Source of the DNA: Sinorhizobium meliloti
Lineage (GTDB): Bacteria > Pseudomonadota > Alphaproteobacteria > Rhizobiales > Rhizobiaceae
Assembly (NCBI RefSeq): GCF_017876815.1
Contig: NZ_JAGIOS010000001.1
Location: 660,001 to 692,000 of the forward strand
Direction of reading: 5' to 3'
DNA length: 32,000 nt
The position numbers were made by a program, and so were the translations under genes. Below the pieces are notes generated by a model that saw nothing but the letters and a program-made list of their open reading frames with translations, did not search any database and was not told the origin of the DNA. Position 1 is the first letter of the stretch; every line of letters begins with the position of its first letter. Below, in pieces: positions 31,954 to 32,000 of the stretch.

Positions 31954-32000
31954 GTGAAATGGCTCAAAGGTATCGGCTTGGCGCTCATTCCCTTCAACCT
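31954..32000 (+). CDS. Probable start of the next gene, a hydrophobic N-terminus (possibly the rkpI membrane protein); truncated by the window end
   Basis: GTG at 31954 lies 8 nt after GAGG and reads VKWLKGIGLALIPFN. Only 15 codons are visible, so this is very tentative. Confidence 0.25.
   Translation, partial: MKWLKGIGLALIPFN

Noticed and set aside
1-32000. CRISPR arrays, rRNA genes, complete tRNA genes, and IS or transposase genes.
   Set aside because: I saw no regularly spaced direct repeats, no rRNA-like sequence, no cloverleaf with both acceptor strands and a D arm, and no transposase-like ORF or terminal inverted repeats. By-eye scanning could miss short or degenerate elements.

Overview
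This is a high-GC alphaproteobacterial chromosome segment. Gene content points to Rhizobiaceae, most likely Sinorhizobium/Ensifer. All calls rest on reading the translations and the DNA by eye; no database search was run. The window has three blocks.

(1) 1-11561 is the right-hand part of an integrated phage-like element.
- A leftward, tightly start/stop-coupled operon holds a Cro/YdaS-like HTH, a CII-like protein, Zn-finger proteins, a Zn-finger/Toprim primase and a P4-type primase-helicase that runs off the window.
- A CI-like HTH-S24 repressor sits between the two operons.
- A rightward operon holds an HD hydrolase, SSB, a GapR/DUF2312 protein, a second DnaN sliding clamp, a MazG-like protein, an HNH endonuclease, a Xis-like protein and a tyrosine integrase.
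- The element ends at a truncated tRNA-Thr(GGU) 3' segment (attR).
- No capsid, tail or terminase genes are visible in these 11.5 kb.

(2) 11608-20172 holds ordinary chromosomal genes.
- A membrane class III adenylate cyclase.
- A six-gene periplasmic copper-resistance operon: His/Cys-rich protein, small lipoprotein, TolC-family outer-membrane lipoprotein, multicopper oxidase, cupredoxin and a CusF-like protein.
- Two small ORFs, one of them below the ORF-track cutoff.
- pncA-pncB.

(3) 20518-32000 is an rkp-1-type capsule (K-antigen) locus.
- The Wza-like exporter rkpU.
- Divergent from it, the roughly 2500-aa thioesterase-less fully reducing type I PKS rkpA.
- rkpA is translationally coupled to the alpha-oxoamine synthase rkpG, followed by the KDSR-like reductase rkpH and the probable start of the next membrane-protein gene.

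The long ORFs antisense to these genes are GC-driven artefacts.

The most interesting items:
- The PKS + oxoamine synthase + ketoreductase logic looks like a sphingoid-base-type aminolipid line, and I am not aware that its product has been chemically defined.
- The mobile element carries its own replisome and nucleoid toolkit (DnaN, SSB, GapR, HD, MazG-like).
- Two divergent promoter regions share a split operator-like motif.
- Both the tRNA-derived att end and the xis/int junction have an odd structure.
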